From Eremomyces bilateralis CBS 781.70 (lineage: Eukaryota), in NCBI GenBank assembly GCA_010015585.1, contig ML975151.1: DNA of 64,000 nt; one strand, given 5' to 3'. How positions within the stretch are numbered: the stretch's first letter is position 1; the number at the start of each line of letters is the position of its first letter. This document shows positions 50,502-63,003 of the stretch, one piece after another. Both the position numbers and the translations under genes were made by a program. The notes below the pieces were generated by a model. The model did not search any database. It saw nothing but the letters and a program-made list of their open reading frames with translations, and was not told the DNA's origin.

Positions 50502-50777
50502 AATGGGGATATGGGATGTAAAAAGATTTGGGGGTATGTTAATTAAGGAGAGTATATGAACGATGTTTGGAAGGTGTGGGCGAGCTTGGTGCGCTTTCGT
50601 TCGGTGTGCACTTTGACCTTCCTTTCAAAAGAAGCCCGATATTTTCTAATTTACTTTCTCTTTCTCCAATCTGGCATGTTATATCTCATTGTGACTTGTT
50701 CGTTGGACAGATGGGTAGGTAAAGACAATGCCAAATATCCATTGACCATTCCACCACCTAATCGCATCTGTCATTGT

Positions 50778-52459
50778 TTAAATGATGATCGGATTGTACC
50801 AACTGAAGACACAATTTGGGTCCCACTTCCTCTTAAGTGCCCTCAGCCTCTCCAATTTCCGTGCTCCATACATCGCCTCCTGGGAGTCATCGCCCTGCGC
50901 ATAATTCACATAGACCTTCGTCTCTTCAAACCCACTCGTCGCTCTAAACCGCTCACGAACTTCATTTTTCCATTTATTGACCATCGGCTGAAGTTGGGGA
51001 TCCGTGGTCTGATGCCCGATGATCCTGGATATCGTTAGCGTTGATTCTAATTAATTCCATCTCCTGCGTGTTCCTACATCTGGCATTTGACGTCGCGATG
51101 CGGATACGCCGTCTCGTCATCGGGAATCTCCGCCATCTTCTGCGACCCCCATGCTTCGATGATCGCGACGCTGCCACGAAGCGCCGGATATTCCTCCCAG
51201 TACCTTGCCAGCTCCGCAAAGTACCACTCGAAGGTAGGCAGATCGAGCTGTTTGACGTGCGCTGAGAACATGGTCCTGGGCATGTTGCGGATGGAAACGG
51301 TCGCATCCGCTCCGAATCCCCATTTGGTGTTGATTTGGTTCCAGGGCAGGTAATCGATCTGCTGCAGGGTAGGGCCGAGGTCGATGATCGGTTGGATGAG
51401 TCGCTTGCCTTCGTCGAGGTCTCCGGTATAGATGTAATTGACGAGCATGATCGGCTGTGGGTTGTTAGAGCTACGTGTCTGGCAAAATCGCGGCGCTAGG
51501 AGGACCGCTCACCCCACCGGCTTTCTCATCGTAGAACTGCCCAACCGCCACGGATAATTCCGGAGGTTGGTCTTCGTGAATCTCCTGCAGGATTCGGATG
51601 ATCTCTGGGCCATTATTATGCGGGAGGACGAAGTCCGCGGACATCACGTTCCCCCCATTCTGTTGATCGTAAATTTGATACGTCGCTTTCATAACGATCC
51701 CGAAGTTGAATCCAGCGCCGCGCATGCCCCAGAACAACTCCGTGTTCTCCGTCTTGCTCGCTTTGACAAAGTCTCCTGTAGCAGTGACGAGTTCGACCTC
51801 CAGGAGAGAATCGAGGAGTAACCCGTAGGTGCCTTGCATTCGGTTGAGACCCCCGCCAACTTAGTTAGAATTTGAGTCAGTTAATGGGTTTCAGTATGCA
51901 TGACCATATGCCTCTTACGAGTTACTCCGACTATGCCGACTGTAGAGCATGCTCCCGTCGCTGACGAAGTCAGCGTTATATCTCACAAATCAGTGGACAA
52001 ACCGTTTACATACGCATTTCTTTACCAGCTTCATGGAGAGGGTCGAAAATCTCATTGAAGAGGACGGCGCCTCCAACCGTGATCGTACTGGCACTGGCAT
52101 CGATGGAGACACCCTTTAGATTGCTGATATCCACCTCGAGTAGGTTCTGTGCCCTTTCATAACATGACGAAAAATTATGGCCTGTGGCCACGGCGTGGAA
52201 TGGGATGTTGTGCTCGGTAGCGCATTTAACCTGTCCCTTGGTTATTCTCTAGGTCATTTCCCAGTGCCAGGAGGCTTACCGTGGTCTGTATGTCTTCAAC
52301 CGTTGCAGGCTTCACCGTCGCAATGAATGAAGGTGCCTGAACCGTCGTCCATCTAGTATGCCCGATGCTTTCGGATTTGTCGGCGGCGAGCGCATATTCT
52401 GATTGAGAAGAAAGACGACTCTTGAGTAAAGAAATGATCTGAGGACCGGTCAATTCCAT
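50778..52459 (-). CDS. FAD-linked oxidoreductase (VAO/BBE family, FAD_binding_4 + BBE)
   Basis: Multi-exon, first intron 52279-52231. Motifs VKPATVEDIQ, ATGHN (FAD-linking His position), GTYGLLLDSLLEVELVTATG, LFWGMRGAGFNFGIV and YVNYAQGD...LRALKRKWDP. Confidence 0.9.
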
Positions 52460-53407
52460 CGTGGTGAGAACGCTCCTTGACTTTGGGTGAAATTATCCTA
52501 GCCAAATAGTTCATATCAAAGGTCCGACGACTTGAACTTTGGGTTCAACATATTTATAGTATAACGATAATAAGACTCCGAACTGTACAATTCATTGGGG
52601 ACTTAAGCGGACTACGCTATTAACCTCTTCTGGAGTTCTGGCCTCGTAGTTGCGGTGTCTGGTTTAAGATATTCTTAGAGTAGGCATCCTACCAAGGAAA
52701 CACTAGAATATAGTATTGCCGTATTGGATCTTACTGAACGCCGCATCCTCAATATCGTCCAGAATCTCTTCTTCAGCGGATGCAGATCAAGCGGTTCCAA
52801 ATACCGCATACGATAACTTGCTACAGGCACCCAATTGTATGTCATCTGGAACGATGATCGCCACTCGACGTTGCGCGTACGTCAGAACTTTAAACGACGA
52901 CCCAACGCCGACACTCAGCTCTGGGACGTACTCGTAATACGACCGATGTGAGAATTGTCAGAATACGAGATACGCTGCCGGCAGGGTCATCATGTCGGTG
53001 TGGTTCAACAAATTACTCAAAGAAGGGGCTAAAAACGTAGAAGAAAGCGAATCAATACTTTGTTGGAGACGAGGCTGGACTTTTGATGCAAGGAAACCCT
53101 TGAGGTAAACGCTGGGCCGGAGCGGTAGTTGCCGGTCAGTCAGTCGGATCAAACAAAACAGTTCCGACAATCCAGATAACGAAGGGTCGTCTATAGAAGC
53201 TGGAAAGATGTTCAGAAATGAGGATAAATACATCACCAATTTGAGCGACATCACGATTCACGAAATCTTTGTAGGTTCAAACATGGAGGTCAATGCTGTG
53301 GGGGATGGGATTGAATCCGAATGATCCCAGGTCGCGCTGCGGCCTGGAGCATCGCAATTAAGTCCATAATATATTCTTAATTCTCACATTCTTTCCATAT
53401 TCATCCA

Positions 53408-53478
53408 GCACTAATGGTCTAGTGGTAGAATGTGTCGTTGCCATCGACGCGGCCCCGGTTCGATTCCGGGTTAGTGCA
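53408..53478 (+). tRNA. tRNA-Gly (anticodon GCC)
   Basis: GCACTAA/TTAGTGC acceptor stem, D-arm TGGTCTAGTGGTAGAA, anticodon arm TGTCG-TTGCCAT-CGACG, T-loop GGTTCGATTCC, and a downstream oligo-T Pol III terminator. Confidence 0.96.
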
Positions 53479-53879
53479 TTTCTTTTTGTTTTTTGCTGGT
53501 CGAGGTTCCGTCGAATTCGTTGCTCATTTATCCGTCCAGATTGATTGTTACAGCCAATGTTATTTTTGCTGATCGAGGTTGGGTTGAATTCCTTTCCTTT
53601 CATTTTTGTCCCACCAAGTTGCTTATGAAGCTAATGCTATTTTCGCTACAGCTTATTGCCATTTGAGTGTAGTATTTACTATCTGTCTTGGGTGACCAAA
53701 TTTGACGCCCTCGGACATAACGTTAATAGCGATAACTTCTTTCTTCTACCGAGACCAGGAGACAGTGTCAAGAGCATCGAATCTAGGACGTGACATCGTT
53801 TATACAATAGTGCAGCCTTGCGAACGGGTACACAGCCATATGTTCTGGTAATAGGAGAAATGCCACCGTAATAAGTCTA

Positions 53880-55514
53880 TTATAACCGAGAACCGTCTTT
53901 TTTTTTGTTCCTTTCATTTACCATCGCGTACAATGCTGTCTCCATCTCTAAGAAGAAGTCAACCGTTACCTCATCCCCTACAAGGGACGTTAGATATGAA
54001 ACGCTCCAAATAATTTCAGACTCCATGGAGAACCTACCTGGTGGCATAATCTGCGTGAAAAGGGTCCCAGCGATCCCACTTATGGGATCAACCCACTGTA
54101 GCAGCTGGTCAGTGTGGTTCCAGAGCCCGGATATCAGATAACTCACCCAATGCAGATTCGGGAACCCAGCCCAACTCGCGGACCCCTTTTTTCGTCTGCC
54201 AGGCAAATCCTCCATTGTGGTGGTCCCCGCAAGACAATAATCCGCTTTTTCCTCCTGAAAATCCTCCACCCCGAGCACCCTCCTTGTCCGCGCGCCCAGA
54301 GGCATCAACATGTCCTTTCGCGTTGCTTTATCCAGCTGTGGTCGAAATAGCTCTTGTGTCGCTTCCTCACCGAGGAGCGGCGATCCACCGTTGACGAGTG
54401 CGGTCAAGAGCCTCACGAAATCGGCCGCGGTCGAAAACAGTCCGATTCCGCCGAGGTCGTCTTTCAGGGGGTAGTCCATGATAATTGGACCGGGCCCGAG
54501 AGGAGCGGTTCCTTTCGGCCCGCCAGGTCGAAGGCCCATCTCCTGCTGCGGTGGGAGGTCGCCAGCAGGGCGTAGCTCGGGGTGGAATGTGGTGTGCTTG
54601 GCACCGAGTTTCGACCAGATGTTGGCTTGCATGTAGTCTTCGAGACTCAGTCCGGTCACCTTCTCGATCTGCAAGCCGTCAGCTGGATTAGCTCTCGCGT
54701 ATATATGTCTATACTGACCGCTTGGCCCGCCCAATCAATCCCAGGACCGTATCCCCAGGAAGTTCCAGGCTGGAAAAGTAACGGATGAGTATATCCTCGC
54801 ATGCTGCCTTCCCACATGTGATTCTGCCTCCCAACTGCTTCTGACCATCTGAGCAGCTGAGGATGTCGATCTAAATTAGTGCATGAGCATTCTCGCTTCA
54901 GAAACAGGAGGTATGGTTGTCAGGGGTTTACGCACCATACACAAACCCAGACATATGACAGACTAGATGCCTAACCAAATTTAGATGCGATCGTCTACAT
55001 CGATTTAATCTTCCCTCCTCACCTTATCGTTAGTTTACCCTTGATCTTCTCCATGACCGGCTTCGCTAGAGGCGTAGGCGTCTCTGGCTCTGCCACCCGC
55101 GTCGCCGCTTGAGACTCGGCGGGCTCCTCAAATCCAACCAGCACCTCAAGGTCTCTTAACTCTGGGACAATATCCCGAACGTCCTGATCGAGATCGAGCA
55201 GTTTTCGTTCCACCAACTGCATCACTGCAACCGCCGTGACGACTTTTGTCATCGATGCGACCCAACATAATGAGTCTGGCTGCAACGGGGCATTTTCATT
55301 GGGGTCGAAGCGCAGTTTTCCCGCGGCCCGTTTGTAGAGTGTATTGCCTAGGAAAAATAAGCAATAAAGAAATATAAAGGGGTAGGGTGGCGAGAGATGT
55401 ATAAGCTGTGAATTTACCTTTGTTGTCCACAGCAATGAAGGTAGCTCCATTGAATACACATTTGGCTGGATCGGTATATTTATCCAAGATCTGATCCAAT
55501 ACCTTGGTCGACAT
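53880..55514 (-). CDS. Beta-lactamase-family serine hydrolase / LovD-like transesterase
   Basis: Multi-exon. SxxK motif WVASMTK, then HLVCHMSGFVY, FQPGTSWGYGPGIDWAG, GGIGLFS and GSASWAGFPNLHWWVDP. Confidence 0.88.
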
Positions 55515-56774
55515 GATTACCTCTAGATAGGATAATTTAAATTCAGATTATATCACCACAGATAATTCCCATGGAATTCTAAGGAGGCCGCTTCGTATTG
55601 TAGCGCTGATCTCGTGAAGGGTGGAACCGGTTATGACCTCGGCTTTGGTCTCTCCACGACTTAGGAGGTGCATCGTGAGGCCTAGTCATCAAAATGCTTT
55701 CTGATCAGCAAAATGTTACCTCCTTCGCCTCTGTAGATAGACACGATATGGCCATTCTGCCAAGTTGAAAGTTATATAACTATCAAGTTTCTTAGAATCA
55801 TAAACGACTGATGTGAATTGGTTGCCAGTAATGGTTGGGTTGTTACTCCTGATGGCGGTTAGTGACGTCGGCGGCCAATCAGCGCGCGGAACCGATCTAC
55901 CAACGTCAACATCTCCGACAATCTCATCAGGAGAACCACCACTCTCACCCACCAAGTTGGCTTCTGGCTTTTCCGTGCTAGATTTCTGCCAGCCTATCAT
56001 ACTGAGACTAAGAATGTGTTCCGGAGGTCTTGTTTCTTTTGCTTGCCCAACTACTGCTCGTACTTGGACGTTGGCAGTATGGCAGGCCGAGAATCGTTTT
56101 CTGTGTCGTCCATTTATCACGAAGTGGTTATACTGAATAGTTCGGGAATGTTGAAGTGGAGATCCTGATAGCGGACCATTGCAGCCAACGCGCCTGGACA
56201 GATGCCTCCAGGTCGTCTATTCATCTGCAGCTCGAGATCGGAAGCAACGAAGAGCTCCCATGCGTCGATTTAGTGCCGACCAGAATCTCTTCCACCACGA
56301 AATGGAGTTCCACGCAGCGTCAACGCGCTAGAGCAAAAGGTATCGATATTCGATACGGATGCCGACACAAACCAACCTTTCTCCTGCAGGAGCCATATGG
56401 AAACAGACGTATCAGAGCATAATGTGTGGCAATGGCACAGTCGCTAACCCATCCGCTCATTTCATTGGCTTACCCCAAGATGAACATTCACCAGAGGAGC
56501 ACATTAGGGGATACTTCACCATTGACTCTCGCTGTGCCGCAAAACAGAATGTACACCCCTATTGGAACGGTGGGTGTCGTTTTCTTTCTGTATCTGCACC
56601 GTGTGGTCGTTCTCAGTACCGGAGATGAATACATAAGAACTCTCTTCCAAGATCCACGACACTCCTTTGCAGCACCTTGCGCTTCGCTGGTTATATTCGA
56701 TGCATACCACTTTCGTTTACATCTATCAGCCATTCTTTTGGGACCGTTGTCCGTTTTAATCCTTCTCTATCATT

Positions 56775-58342
56775 ATGCGCGCAATTGCTACTCTCTTTGC
56801 CGGAGTTGTTCTATTTTTCTCTGGTACATCTGCTCTACCATTAGCAGACATTGAAGATGTCGAGCCGGACTATAGCGTTCAATCGACTAGCTTTGACGGA
56901 ATTCCCACCATAGATCTAGAACCGGTCGTTTCGTTGACGGACGATGGACATCTGTCCAAGCGTCGAGATGCCCTTGATCTGAGGGATGCGGTCACGCTAT
57001 ATTGGAAACAAAGTAGGTCAAACAAAGATTTTGGATAGAGTAGGTGAGATGCTGAAAGTTATCAGACAAAGCAAATGCTATCCTTCAAGTCGAGTACTTG
57101 GGGGAGAATGAGCTCGTCATCAATATGGATGACTTCGGCGACGTCCTAGAAAATGTCGACTGTAGTCCCCCGGAGATGAGTCTCGATTTTAAAGACCGAG
57201 AATCTTTTGAAGCCGCAATTACCAAGTGGAATTGGGTGAACGAAAACGAAAACCGTCACTTCATCATGTTTGTCAACCATCCGAAATGCGGACCCGACCA
57301 TTCTCGCACCCCTTTCAACATCACTGACGTTGACTATGACGAGGAGAGGTACATCACCTATCTCACCGCTCATGAGCTGGAATATTCTCGGGCCATTCAT
57401 GATGGCCACCTCCGCATTGAGACGACTGCCGCACCGACGAATCAGACAAACAATGGATACAGCACGACACTCAGTAAGCGGATTGATATTTCGAAATCGT
57501 TTTCCTTGAAGAAGGACTTCACCACCACCATGATAGACACGGGGGATGCTACCAGTGGCTTGTCTTTAGCTTGTACAGACTGCGGGACCGATGGAACGAT
57601 AAACGTAGCTCTCGATGTCAAGATTTCCTGGTTTAAGATCAAGCATGTCTTCATCGAATACGGTGCGACCAATGCGCTCGCACGAGTTAATCTGGCTCTC
57701 AATTCTCGTGGGGACTTGGTAGCCCGCCAAGCCGGGACGGTTGAATTCTACAGCTACACCATCATTGGCGTCAATATCCCGAAGATCGGAGGCCTCAGCT
57801 TTGGTCCGTCGATGGGTGCGGGTTGGGCGGTGGGTCCGATTAAGGGGAATGCTTCGATGACTTGGGGAGCCACGGCTCAACTCACGCCTGTTTCGAACAC
57901 CAAGATCTGTCTTAAAGGGTGTGAGAGCTCAAGTGAAGGGTAAGTTGGCGAGTACGGATCGTAGACGTCGGTTCGTTCTAATAGCAACAGATGGCAGGTC
58001 GAATGGATCAAGACGCCCCCCTCAGCCACGGCCCATCTCTCCGCAGGACTCGAGGTATCTACGTACCTAAAAATCGCCGCAGGAGCCTATGTCTTCAGCA
58101 CAGGCTACGAAGCCGGCATTGCCCTGAAAGCCCCCCAGTTCAAAGCGACGATCGACGCAACCGCCAGCCCTGAGGGAGGGGCGTGCGGGAATCCCGATAG
58201 CCGGTTTGGGATCAACACGGATATCGAAGTCGGGGCGAAGATGTTCGCATATATTGGAAAGGATCATGAGCATCCGGCGAAGGAGTTTAATTTCTTTGAG
58301 AAGATGGTGGATTTGTATGATCAATGTTTTGTTATCTCGTAA
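56775..58342 (+). CDS. Secreted beta-rich protein of unknown function (DUF7029/DUF7223-like)
   Basis: Exons 56775-57012, 57066-57939 and 57991-58342 join in frame. Signal peptide, Kex2-like LSKR sites, and motifs AITKWNWVN, HPKCG and LACTDCGTDG. Confidence 0.75.
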
Positions 58343-58810
58343 CGGCACAGGTACCTGGCGTGTTAAGGCTGTTATACCCACCGCTGATATAGGCAAAGTT
58401 AAATATTAATATATTGAACGAGCATAACGTATTTAATGTATAGTTTTCCGCTCTAATTTGAGAACATTCGTAAGGGGAATGCCTTGAGAGTTGAGATGGT
58501 GTATCACGATGTCATTTATGTTTGATCCCCCACCCCTGCAGGTGGCGGAGGTTGGCAGGGACAGTTATGAAACCAGATCCGATGATAGCTTCGGGGACTT
58601 ACGAACCTCCATCTAACTCTGCCAACGGCCAATTCTGGCCTCCATAATACCCGGGAAATCGAGAGTCACACGCCAATGCTTGGAGTCCTGGCCCCTATTT
58701 CCTTTTCCCCTTAGCGACCATGGGACATTGTGTGCAGTCATATATGAGGTATCCGTGAGCCACCAGCTAAACAGCCGATGTGCAAATAAGCGGTCGATTG
58801 TAACTTCAGA

Positions 58811-61800
58811 ATGTCGGGATTCCAGCCTGCTCCCGTGTCGGGAGGGAGCCCCCGTCCCAGCAGTGATAAGGGTGTGCTGTCATCGCTCCGAGCTACCTCT
58901 ATGGTGCAGACGAAGCACTCGTTGCCAGCCGGTTGGTCTTCTTATACGCCTGCACAACTCAGATATCCAACCAGACATACAGTAACCCTCCAAGGAAATA
59001 TGCTAATTATTGCCCCTAGAAATCATCCAATTGATCCTCCCCTACCTCCCGATCCCCACCCTCATCAATGTCGCCCGCACCTCCCGCCGAATGCGCGAAA
59101 TGGTCTACGATGACGCCCTCTGGATCCGCCGGCTGAGCGCCATGGGCCGCTGGGACGAAGGGGAAGCACGGCGGCGATTCGAGGCGGATATGCGCCGGAA
59201 ACTCCAAGCCCAGCGAGCCAGCCTAGGCATCCCGCCGCTATCAACACCTGCAGGACGAGGCGCTGGCGTAGGCAGAGGGGGGCCGCAACCCGCAGCGAGC
59301 GGCACAGTAGAAACACCACCATCCCAAGCCCGTGACGAAAATCCAGCGGCCGAGACGATCTTCGATGCTGCTGCAGAAGCGCAACAGAAGCAACCTCCCA
59401 CCCAACGCCAGTCCGCCACCCACCCATCCCGCTCCAGCAAGTCCTCCGACGGCTTCGAACCCGCCATCCCCGCCCCCAACGGCCACGCCAACCCCTCTTC
59501 CACCACCCAACCCCCCAACACCCTCGACGCATCCCTCACCATAATCCGCAGCCTCCGCTCCCTCCGCGGCGGCGCCCGCCACGAATATGGTCGCGCCTAC
59601 AAGGCCCTCGCCCCCTTCTATCGCGACATCGTCAGCTCCGCCTCGCACGGGGATCCGTCGTCGTTTCATGTGTTCCAAACCTTCCGCGACCCGGAGCAGC
59701 AGGCGCGCATGCTCGCGCAGCTGCGCGTGTTCGCGCGGAGTGACAGCGCCATGGGGTGGGAGGTGCGCGAGGGGCGGCTGGATAGTATGATGGGAGTGTT
59801 TGAGAGCGCAGTGTTGCGGGAGTTTGGGAACGGGGTGGATGTCGGGGATACAGAGGGGCGGGTAAGGCGATATGCACGGGTGTTGGTGGTGTTGAATGGA
59901 GGGGCGTCGGGGGTGGATCTGTGGTTGGCGCGGAATCCAGTGATTGCGGGGAAGCGGGGGTTCGGGGAGCCGGGGGAATGTTTGATGAGCTTGTCGACGA
60001 CGCATGTGGTGATGGCGCCGGCGCAGGAGTTTTTTCGGCGGCTGGTGCTGGGGGTGAACGAGCAGAGTAAGACGATCGAGCGGGTGTTTCCGGCAAACGT
60101 GGAGGTGTTCGTGCCCTTTTTGGAGCGGGTGTGTGAGGATGTGGTGGGCGAGTATGTCACAACGTTGTTCGATCAGGCACACGAGAGGAGTTTGGAGGCG
60201 TATTTGAGTGCCGTATCAGCGACGTTTGATTTGGTGATGCAGTTTGCGAACGCGATACGACCTCCGAACGTACCGATACAGGATCGAGACGAACGCATGG
60301 CGAAGGCGATGGCCGAAGTGTTTGAGCCGCATATCGACCTGTATCTGCAGGAGGAGCTAGGGTTCTTCCGGAAGAAGGCTGATGCGGAGGTCGATGCGTG
60401 GGAGAAGCGTCTGAAGGACGAAGAGGCCTCGACGGAGTCCTTTTACATGTCTCATTTCAGCAGACAAGCCGAGAAGCGAGATTTTCTCACCTCGTTCCGG
60501 AAAGTCGTCATGATGCCAGTCCAAGTGGTCGGATCTATCACCGCGCCTATGACAGCGCCATTCTCCAACCGACCCGCCTCTATTTCGGCAGCAGCTCCGA
60601 GTGGCGATATGCTGCATCCCTCCAGAGCATCCAGTCCCGCCCCTACCGACCGATCCAACAGCCCTCGAAACCCAAAGGCCCCGACCGACGAACTCGCCGC
60701 TAAAGCTGCCCTCCTCAACACCCGCCTCGAAGGCATCAAAAGCCTCTTCTCCATCGAAATGGCCCTCAACCTCGTCCACACCGCCAAAACCTCCCTCGAG
60801 CGCACCGCCCGCTTCGCCCAACGACCTCCTCCCCCCTCCAAATCCGCCCCCGCCCGCATCTTCCACCCCATCCTCGCTGCTCGCGCCCAAGAAGCCCGCG
60901 AACAATGCGAAATCATCTTCGTCACGCTTCTCCAAATCCTCGGCTCCCGACACATCCAATCGGGGTTCACGACCGCGATTACGCACCTCAGCGCCTACAA
61001 CCCTCGCGCTGCCGCCTCCCACGCCGGGACGGACGGCGCGCCCACCCAGCCGCGGGTGGAGCCGCTCGTCACCTTCCTCGAGCTGGTCAACGTTGGCGAC
61101 CTGATCCAGCAGATGATCGACGTGTTCTACGTGCAGGAGCTGGTGGGGCCGAAGCTGGTGGAGCGGGATGACTTCCTGTCGGCGGCGGCGAAGGAGAAGA
61201 AACGGTTCGAGCAGATGCTGGATGGGCAAGTGGCGAGCGGGCTGAATCAGGGGATCGACGTGTTGATGGAGGAGGTGGAGTATATGATGGCGACGATGCA
61301 GCAGGTGGAGGAGTTTTGTCCGGCGGCCGGGGTGGTGGAGGTGGGGAGGAGTGAGACAGCGGGGAGGGTGGTAGAGGTGGTGCGGGAGCATTTGGAGATG
61401 TTGGTGGGGAGCACGGATCGGAATGTGTTGGAAGTGTTTAATCAGGAGGTGGGGGTGAGGTTGTTTGGGGCGCTGTGTAAGCATATCAAGCGGCAGCGGG
61501 TGAGTGTGGATGGAGCGGTGAGGTTGATCAGGTATGCTTGCCATGATTTCTCAATCCTTTCGTTCATGTATATTCCCTTCGATTTGCTTTCCTTTCCTTA
61601 TCCCATCTCTTCCCCAATCAATCTCTTTCATCCCGGTTTGCTAACCCCTCCTCGAAGCGACATGAACCACTACTACTCCTACATTGTCACGCTCAAGAAC
61701 AAACTCCTCACCGAATACTTCATCGCACTACGGGAAGTGGCGCAGATCTTCTTGATCTCCGGAAAACACGCCAAGGAGATTGCCACCATCATCGCGGACC

Positions 61801-61928
61801 CCGACCGATACCAGGGCATTTTCCGACCGGAAGACGTGTATGAGTTCGCTGAAAGGAGGGCAGATTGGCTGATGATCAAGCCTAATGTTGAAAGAGCTAT
61901 GTATGGTGCGGGTTGTGTGGTTATGTAG
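58811..61928 (+). CDS. RCY1: F-box / Sec10-like recycling protein Rcy1 (Pof6)
   Basis: Exons 58811-58931, 59020-61531 and 61658-61928. F-box LPAEIIQLILPYLP; FSIEMALNLVH.AK.SLER and FLELVNVGDLIQQM; C-terminal CaaX CVVM. Confidence 0.9.
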
Positions 61929-63003
61929 GGGAGGGGAGGGGAGGGATGGGGGGTATATTGAGAGGATTCTTTGGCGGGTGTTTGGAAAGACAAACTTGGA
62001 GATTATTTGCATAGCGATTTGGTGAAAGACAGGTACGGTTAAGGGCATTGGGTAAATGGGGACTGATTGATCATTGTGACTTGCACTCTTGCACTCCTTT
62101 GCTTCTCCATTGCTGCTCCATCGCGCTGTTTCTCCTTCCATGATTACCGAATTGGGATGTGGCTGTAGAAATGGAACAGAAATCCCTGTCTGTGTCGTGC
62201 TGCAGGCATCAAGGCCATTAGGCATCAAACAGCAGCACCGAACAGAAACGGAAGTCACGACTCACAAGCCACCTGCATCGTGCATCGAAGAAGTCACATG
62301 TCACACGTCACATGCCACTTTTGCTTCAAGAATGAAAGTGAAGATGCAATCGACATATCCATAGCTTCTTTAAATACCTAATTCACTTATTGTTATCGTT
62401 GGGTCAAGCTAGAAGGATTCGATTGTGCTGTATATCATTGTCATGCTTCGGCTTGCCAACCACCCAATATCCCTGTCCTCTCACACTCTCATGAGGATCG
62501 GAGCTTTTACTCTTTGACGCCGTCGCAATTCTGTAGAGTGAATGAACGTCACTTTATTACATATCCGCTTCAGCTCTTCGTCTTCCACTTCAACAGGATT
62601 CACTTCACCTCTCACTCTCTGGCTCCTCTCTGACTTGGGTTTCTTCCTTCTCCTCACTTCATCCCGCTGCCAATCCCGTGGTGTTCATAAGATTGATTCC
62701 CTGCACCACTCTGACGCCACACGAGAGCAAGCATTCTCTCATCCATGATCCATCCAGGGTAGCACCACCGAACCGAACCGAACCTTACAGCAAAGAAGAA
62801 CTGCTGTCGTCCACTCGACCCTGGTTACCACCACGTCGGTCCAGTCCGCGAGGCGCCCAGTTCAGCCCATTCCGAACCTTACTGGCACCGTGAGACATCA
62901 TTCTCTCAAGTCCTCATCTTGACCATCTGGAGTTCTTGATCTCTCTTGTCTGCTCTTCTTGACCACTTCATCTGGAGCTCCCTCACTTGATCACTCGTGA
63001 GCT

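Noticed and set aside
50778..55514. Complete secondary-metabolite gene cluster
   Set aside because: No PKS, NRPS, terpene synthase, transporter or pathway regulator is visible in the window.
56359..56854. Small Cys-containing ORFs upstream of the secreted-protein gene
   Set aside because: No signal peptide or motif; they overlap the probable promoter and 5' UTR of the 56775 gene.
62767..62786. (ACCGA)n microsatellite; similar (TCGCCTTG)x3 near 20396-20418
   Set aside because: Ordinary short simple repeats.
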